A stretch of 64,000 nt of DNA from a virus (taxonomy: Duplodnaviria > Caudoviricetes): positions 39,395 through 103,394 of IMG/VR virus record IMGVR_UViG_3300013426_000026; one strand, given 5' to 3'. The notes beneath the pieces are model-generated. The model worked only from the letters and a program-made list of their open reading frames with translations. It searched no databases and was not told the origin of the DNA. The position numbers and the translations under genes were made by a program. This document shows positions 58,372 to 64,000 of this stretch, piece after piece (the first letter of the stretch is position 1; each line of letters opens with the position of its first letter).

Positions 58372-61300
58372 TGTCATTTGCCTCCTCGCTGTGCATTAAT
58401 AAATATTCTCTTCTAGGCGGAACGTTTGGGCCTAAAAGCATTTCAATTAAATTTTCAGTAGATTTTTTGTCCTCAATTACTAATTTAGCAATATTTCTAG
58501 TTTCAGGATTTAGTAAAGCTTCGGCTAATTCATCGGGGTCTTGTTCTCCTAAGCCTTTATTTCTGTTGATTAAAAAAGTTTCACCCTTATGCAATTCTTT
58601 ATACTTTTCCAATTCAATTGCATCTTTAATAAAAATATATTGATTCTTTTTAGTAGTAATTCTAAATAATGGTGGCATAGTCGTATATAAATGACCATTT
58701 TCAATTAATTCGGGACATAACCACCAAAACATTTCAATAAGTAAATTTCTGATATTTGCCCCATCCGGATCCGTCCTATCCCATATTTCTATGGGGACTG
58801 ACTATATCTTACTTAATAATTTTATTATTAAGGATACCATTTCGAGCTACGTGCCAATTAGTAGCCCTACTCTCCCGTTTCGGAGATAGTCGATACAGGT
58901 TTACCATTTAATTCCCAACGTTTTAAGGTTTTTTTATAAACAGGAACATCATTATAATAGCTATTTTGACGAACATCTCCCATTAATATCTTTTGAAATG
59001 TTCGCTGAGTAAAAATCTACCCTTTTTCATTAACTAATTTTTCATAAACTTCTGAATAAGTGTGATTAATATAATATTTTCTATATTCTAGTAGTTCTTC
59101 TTTAGTTATAAAGATATTTTCTAAATTAATTCCACTTTTATAAAAATTTTTATTTTCCTCGGTATAAACTTCTGGCATTATATATTTCCAGCTATATCCT
59201 TGCCATACTCCTTGGAATGCTGATTTAGTAATTTTGTCTTTAAAATAAGTTTCATAAATTTGCTTTTGAGATTTATGTTCCGCATAACTTTGTCGTATAA
59301 ATTCTACATCTTTTTCAGTAAGTAATGCTCTACCATTACCTTCCCCTTTAGAATTATTATATCCACCAAGTTGATTATTATACCCATTTTCTTTTGAATT
59401 ATATTTTTTAATATAATCTTGTTCTTTTTGATCTAAATCGTCTAAGGAACATTCTTCTAAAATTTCAAAATCAAACTAATCAACACCCAAAACATTTATA
59501 TAATCATCAATAGTTAATGACCGATTTTTTTTATGTTCATTAAAACGTCTTTCTATATCGTTGCTCTAACCAATATAAACTTTTCCATTATTTTTATTAG
59601 TTATTTTATATATCCCAATCATTATTATTCTCCTTTTATAAAATAATATGTTGAGATTAAATGGTCTTTCCCACGGGATTACCTTCAACTTTATTTGGTC
59701 AGGTTTCCCCGTTAGCAAAATTTCATTCCGTCTCACTCTATATGCAAATATGACCAAGACGGTTAATGAATTTTACCCAAGTGGCGAACTTGAAAAGTAT
59801 TACACAGCCAATATTACTTAGCATCGGCGGCGAGAAGTATCTTACCATAACGTAATTTTTTCTTGTCATAGATTAGTTTATTAGTTTTACTATCTAATTC
59901 TAGACCAATAGCTTTAATAAGATTAACTACTTCTTGATTAGCAAAAATTTTCTCGCTACTATTTTTATAACTTGAGATAATTTTACCTCTAACTGGAAAA
60001 ATAGCAATATGTTCTGCGTCCCGAGCTTCTACAAGACCTCCGGCAGCACTATCCGTTAATTCTTATATTTCTATAAGCACTGACTATCTCTTCACTCCAA
60101 TTTGTCAAATCATCATCGTGTCCTCTATTTTGAAATGCGTATCAATAGCATTTCTACTCCCGGTCTAACCCAGGATAGTCGATACAGCTTATTTTATATC
60201 TTTATAGGTAATTCTAGTAATGACATTATATACAGTAGACCAAGCTTTTTCTGGAGCATATTTTAACCAAACTTGTTTTGGAGTCATACCATTATCATAT
60301 TCTTTTCTCATTAAAATAACTTCTTCTTTAGTAAAGCTACGTTTATTATTAGAGGCTATTTCAGATGGATTTGCTTTAGCCTAATGAGAATGCCAATATT
60401 TATTTTCTTCAGTATGATATTCTGGATATATATTTTTCCAAGTATCAAACCACCAAATTTTTTGAAGTCCTCTTTTACTAATTTTATTCTAATACTCTTG
60501 ATAAATAGTTTTAAATGGAATATGAGCATTATAGCATTCTCTTATATATTTAACATCTTCCTCATCTAATAAAGCTCGACCATTTTTACTACCCATCCTT
60601 GTTCGGCCTGGAATTTCATCTCCTCCAGGGGTAGCATTATACCCATTAGTGTATGAGTTATAATATTTAATGAAAAATTTTTCAAGATTATTTAGTATTT
60701 CTTTACTATATTCATCTTGAGTTAATTCAGCTATTATTTCATAATCAAAATTTTCAAAACCATATTTTCTTATGGCTTGATGAAATTGACTATTATAATC
60801 ATTAGCCTATTTGTTATAAGCTGCTGATTTATGGCCGTATTGTCTTCGTTCAAGATTAATACTCTGACCTATATAACTTTTTCCATTAATTTTATTAGTA
60901 TATTTATAGATACCTATCATTTCACTCTCTCCTTTCATAATCTTTTGAGGGAGATTGTGTATTCTTTATTTAGTTTTGACCTATTTTTTTTTGATATAAA
61001 ATCTTGCCACGGGATTGACTTCACCTAAACATATTTTGACATATATGTGTAATGGTCAGCTTTCCCCGTTAGCCTATAAATAAATTATAGACCCCCTTGA
61101 TATAGGGTAAAAAGGATTAGGGCAATAGTTTACGCCTACCCTCAACAATAAACAATTCGCACTTACTTCTATCTTTACTCCAACAATCAACAAGTTTACT
61201 GGGAAGATTTAAGAATTGTTTTTTCTTTTCTTTTGGTTGTCTGACAGCTTCTCTGGCTTTACGTGCAGCTTCTCTTGCGCGACGTGCATTAAGAGCTTTA

Positions 61301-62388
61301 TCGGCAATAATCTTAATTGATTTTTCATTAAGCTCAAGCCATTGTCTAATACTTTCAGTAATCCAAGGAGTAAACGGAGACATATCTAATTTCACAATTC
61401 GGCTCTTGGTCTGAGCATCATAGCTTACTCCAGGAGTAGTAAGATTGAATACAAGATACAAACCTTCTTGGCAATCATCACCTGAAAGGTTTTCTTCTTT
61501 ATCTTTTAACCATTTCTTTTCGCGGAAAAATTTATTTAACTCACGAGTAAGAATAGTTTTAATTAATGTAATGTGCGGTCCACTATCAGTAAGTCCTGTA
61601 TTTACATAAGGAATAATAGTAGAAGTATAGTTATCTGTGTAAGTTAGCTCAAAATCAAGCTTATTTTTCCCTTCATTCTTTTTAATAACCAACCTATTAT
61701 CAATAATTTCTGTCTTTTTAACAGCGTCATTGACTAAATCGGTTAATCCATTAGCTGAATAATATTCTTCATCGTTAAGAAGAATTTTTAAACCGGGACA
61801 TAAACATACAAGAACTTTAAATAACTGTTTAATAGTATTTAAATTAACTTCAACATGGGTAAAAAACTCTTCACTGGGCATCCAACTAACTTGAGTGCCA
61901 TGTTTATTTTTATCACACTTGCCACTATTTCTTGCTTTAAAAATACCTTCTTCAAAGATAATTTCTTCAAAGCTACCATCACGCCAAGTAATCACTTTTA
62001 ACCAATGACTCAAAAAACAAGACAATTTACTGCCGATACCATTCAAACCAAGAGCTGTACCTTCATACACTCCGTTATCATCATACTTACCGGAAGTATT
62101 AAGAACGCTAAAAGAAGCTTCAAGAATAGTTTTACCATCATCTCTTACTGCGTTTGGAATAAACCCTTGCCCATTATCCTCTACTATAATGCTATTGTCT
62201 TTATTGATGTTTACTTTAATTGTATCGCCATGGCCCGCGCAATACTCATCGATGGCATTGGACACAATTTCAATAAGTAATTGAGTTGAGTATTCTGTCG
62301 AACCGCAATAAACGCCTGGTCGGAGTCTAGTGAATTCCAATGGAGTCAGTGATTGAATACTATCTTCCGTATACACTTTGCTATTCAT
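58364..62388 (-). CDS. gyrB: type IIA topoisomerase subunit B (GyrB/ParE), 3 exons
   Basis: Exons 62388-61138, 60053-59820 and 58771-58364. EIVSNAIDE, DNGQG, GLNGIG, IVEG|DSA, PVRGK, AADA|DPDG, NKGLGE. Confidence 0.93.
58772..59819 (-). mobile_element. group I intron 2 of gyrB (1048 nt) with GIY-YIG endonuclease
   Basis: Lies in the DADPDG TOPRIM motif; exon ends in U and the intron in G; GTATCGACTA and AAGATATAGTC. Confidence 0.88.
58858..59622 (-). CDS. intron-encoded GIY-YIG homing endonuclease (TAG=Gln)
   Basis: MIGIYKITNKNNGKVYIGQSNDIERRFNEH (Q=TAG); the ORF runs into the intron core. Confidence 0.85.
60054..61137 (-). mobile_element. group I intron 1 of gyrB (1084 nt) with GIY-YIG endonuclease
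   Basis: Lies in the EGDSA motif; P1 AGGGU/GCCCU; GTATCGACTA and AGATAGTC; terminal G at 60054. Confidence 0.88.
60189..60920 (-). CDS. intron-encoded GIY-YIG homing endonuclease (243 aa, TAG=Gln)
   Basis: MIGIYKYTNKINGKSYIGQSINLERRQYGH...AIRKYGFENF...GYNATPGG. Confidence 0.85.
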
Positions 62389-62857
62389 TTATATCCACTC
62401 CTTTGTGTAAATTAATTGGATCAGTTTTACCAGTAGCAATCATGTCAGCCAATTCATTACCATTGATGCCAGAATGTCCTGCTACTTTACGTAAATCAAT
62501 CCTATATCCTTTTTTAACTAAATCATAATAAGCTTGAATTAAATCAAGATTTTCAGGAATTTTTTTATCACTTTTACGCCATCCATTATTTGCCCAACCA
62601 TACATCCATTTTGTAAATGTTTGATGAACATAAGAACTATCTGTATATACAATTGGCGTAAATCTAGGGTCATTACCATATTGAATCATTGCATAAAGAA
62701 CAGCTTTTAATTCTTGAATATTATTTGTAGTATTAGTTTCCCAATGGCCATAAGCATCTATTAATTTACCATTGTCGTCACAAACTACTACCCCATATCC
62801 GCCTTTATTATTTGTTTTACCGTTTTGACTACAAGCTCCGTCCGTATAGATAATCAT
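62381..62857 (-). CDS. rnhA: ribonuclease HI
   Basis: IYTDGACS, TTNNIQELKA, YTDSSY, KVAGHSG...NELAD; ATG 62857 overlaps the upstream TGA. Confidence 0.92.
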   Translation of the reverse strand: MIIYTDGACSQNGKTNNKGGYGVVVCDDNGKLIDAYGHWETNTTNNIQELKAVLYAMIQYGNDPRFTPIVYTDSSYVHQTFTKWMYGWANNGWRKSDKKIPENLDLIQAYYDLVKKGYRIDLRKVAGHSGINGNELADMIATGKTDPINLHKGVDINE

Positions 62858-63444
62858 AAAGACGGTCCTCTCTGCCAATCATGAGGATGTTCGGTGCGAT
62901 ACTGCTGAACTAACTAATTATAAGTTCCGCTTAAAAATTCTTCATTAATAATTGCTTTTGGATTAGTATGATACTTCTTTAAAAAGACTAAAATAACATC
63001 GACAAATTCCTTCACTACTGGATGCATAAGAACGTGTTTACGTTTCTCAAGCCACCATTCATATTCTTTTGTATAAGTAAAATTAGAACCCATATAGGCT
63101 CTGGCTGCGCCAAGAAAATCACAAATCATTTCTACACAATCTTCATAAGGCATAAGAATTGCGCTAGGATGTCCATCGCCAATATTATCAATCCAATATT
63201 CCCAATGATGTGTATTACGCCCTTTATGATGTTGCCAAGCTTGGCTATAGCCATTTACATCTTTACAATTATCAATAGGACTTCTGGTTCCTGTCCAATA
63301 CTTGCAACTTTCTCTAAATTCAATATTAGAAAATTTAGATAAATCATGTTTAAATCCTCGCCAAGGAATACCAGCCATTTTACAATATCTATTAACCCAT
63401 TTCTTATGCGTTAAGACTGTCTTCAAATGGTTGAAGTAATTCAT
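62854..63444 (-). CDS. HD-like (DUF5662-type) protein (196 aa, one TAG)
   Basis: HKKWV...KHDLSKF...WQHHKGRNTHHWEYW...EMICD; extends through TAG to a TGA overlapping the rnh ATG. Confidence 0.7.
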
Positions 63445-63637
63445 CAAATTCAGTCCTTTCCTTTATAATATCAATACCATCTATAAACCTATTATGAATA
63501 ACTATTACTTCATTATTAGGAAAACTATTTTGTAATTGTTGAGCTATTTCCCTAGTTTCATCTATTGTTAAATTTTTATTCATATAAGCCACAATTTTAT
63601 CATTTTTATTTAATATTTTATAATCCATACTCTTCAT
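63404..63637 (-). CDS. hypothetical protein (~77 aa)
   Basis: Intact ORF downstream of a sigmaA promoter. Confidence 0.55.
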   Translation of the reverse strand: MKSMDYKILNKNDKIVAYMNKNLTIDETREIAQQLQNSFPNNEVIVIHNRFIDGIDIIKERTEFDELLQPFEDSLNA

Positions 63638-63643
63638 ATTTCA

Positions 63644-63717
63644 ATTATACTAAAAATTTTTTTAAAAGTCAATTAACGTATATTGCCCTTGACAAAGAAA
63701 AAAATTTTGTTTATAAT
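63644..63717. promoter_or_regulatory. divergent sigmaA-type promoter pair
   Basis: Minus strand TTGACT-17-TATAAT (63672-63644); plus strand TTGACA-17-TATAAT (63689-63717). Confidence 0.7.
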
Positions 63718-63782
63718 ATATTTAGAAAAAATAAATATTATTATTCTCTCTTATATATATTATATAATATAATATTATAAAA

Positions 63783-63818
63783 ATAAAAAAGGGAGATTTT
63801 ATCTCCCTTTTTTATTTT
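63783..63818. terminator. bidirectional intrinsic terminator
   Basis: ATAAAAAAGGGAGAT-ttt-ATCTCCCTTTTTTAT. Confidence 0.85.
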
Positions 63819-63821
63819 TAA

Positions 63822-64000
63822 TCAATCGGCCACCGTAATTGCGAGTTTGTTGTCGCCAAAAGTAGCTACCCAATCTGTCGCGGTCGGGTAATTTTTGCGA
63901 ATGTAATCAAGCTCAAGGTCTGCTTTCACCTTGGTATAGCGCATAAGTGCGTCCTTATAAAGAGCAGTTGTCCGCGCAAGATTTTCAGTTGCGCAATCAT
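63822..64000 (-). CDS. 3' end of hypothetical protein, partial
   Basis: ...DCATENLARTTALYKDALMRYTKVKADLELDYIRKNYPTATDWVATFGDNKLAITVAD, TGA 63822-24, then the terminator. Confidence 0.55.
   Translation of the reverse strand, partial: DCATENLARTTALYKDALMRYTKVKADLELDYIRKNYPTATDWVATFGDNKLAITVAD

Noticed and set aside
1-64000. tRNA (including an amber suppressor), CRISPR array, DGR, integrase or inteins
   Set aside because: I saw no cloverleaf, repeat-spacer array, reverse transcriptase, recombinase or intein motifs by eye; a tRNA scan is still advisable.

Overview
A 64 kb AT-rich segment of a large tailed phage, most likely infecting an anaerobic Firmicute (sigmaA-type promoters, GGAGG RBSs, class III RNR, SPbeta-like replication gene order). 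The phage uses an alternative genetic code in which TAG = Gln (code 15). The fragmented ORF track joins into full-length genes when TAG is read as Q, TAG falls at invariant Gln positions, and every gene I delimited ends in TAA or TGA. The + strand (1-28.3 kb) holds tail genes (tail tube end, a ~3105 aa tape measure, baseplate/hub and fibre proteins), a holin and a terminator-bounded five-gene cassette of unknown function. The - strand (28.3-64 kb) holds a holin-like gene, RuvC, dUTPase, nrdG/nrdD, guanylate kinase, DnaE, RecD-like helicase, lysozyme, RecJ, primase, DnaB, Sak4-like ATPase, SSB-like protein, ThyX-like protein, ligase, GyrA/GyrB and RNase H. Seven group I introns can be delimited to the nucleotide (nrdD x2, gyrB x2, dnaE, dnaB and one in the cassette), and four of them carry homing endonucleases. 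The most unusual signals are: (i) two 6-nt in-frame insertions containing TAA in the catalytic motifs of NrdG (CCT-TAA-CCT) and the RecD-like helicase (GCT-TAA-GTT), in near-identical sequence context, suggesting programmed stop-hopping or a shared mobile-element footprint; (ii) the uncharacterised Gln/Cys-rich five-gene cassette, whose central gene carries a minimal group I intron with a covaried non-canonical P7; (iii) strongly non-random TAG placement. Product names come from motif recognition only; no searches were run.
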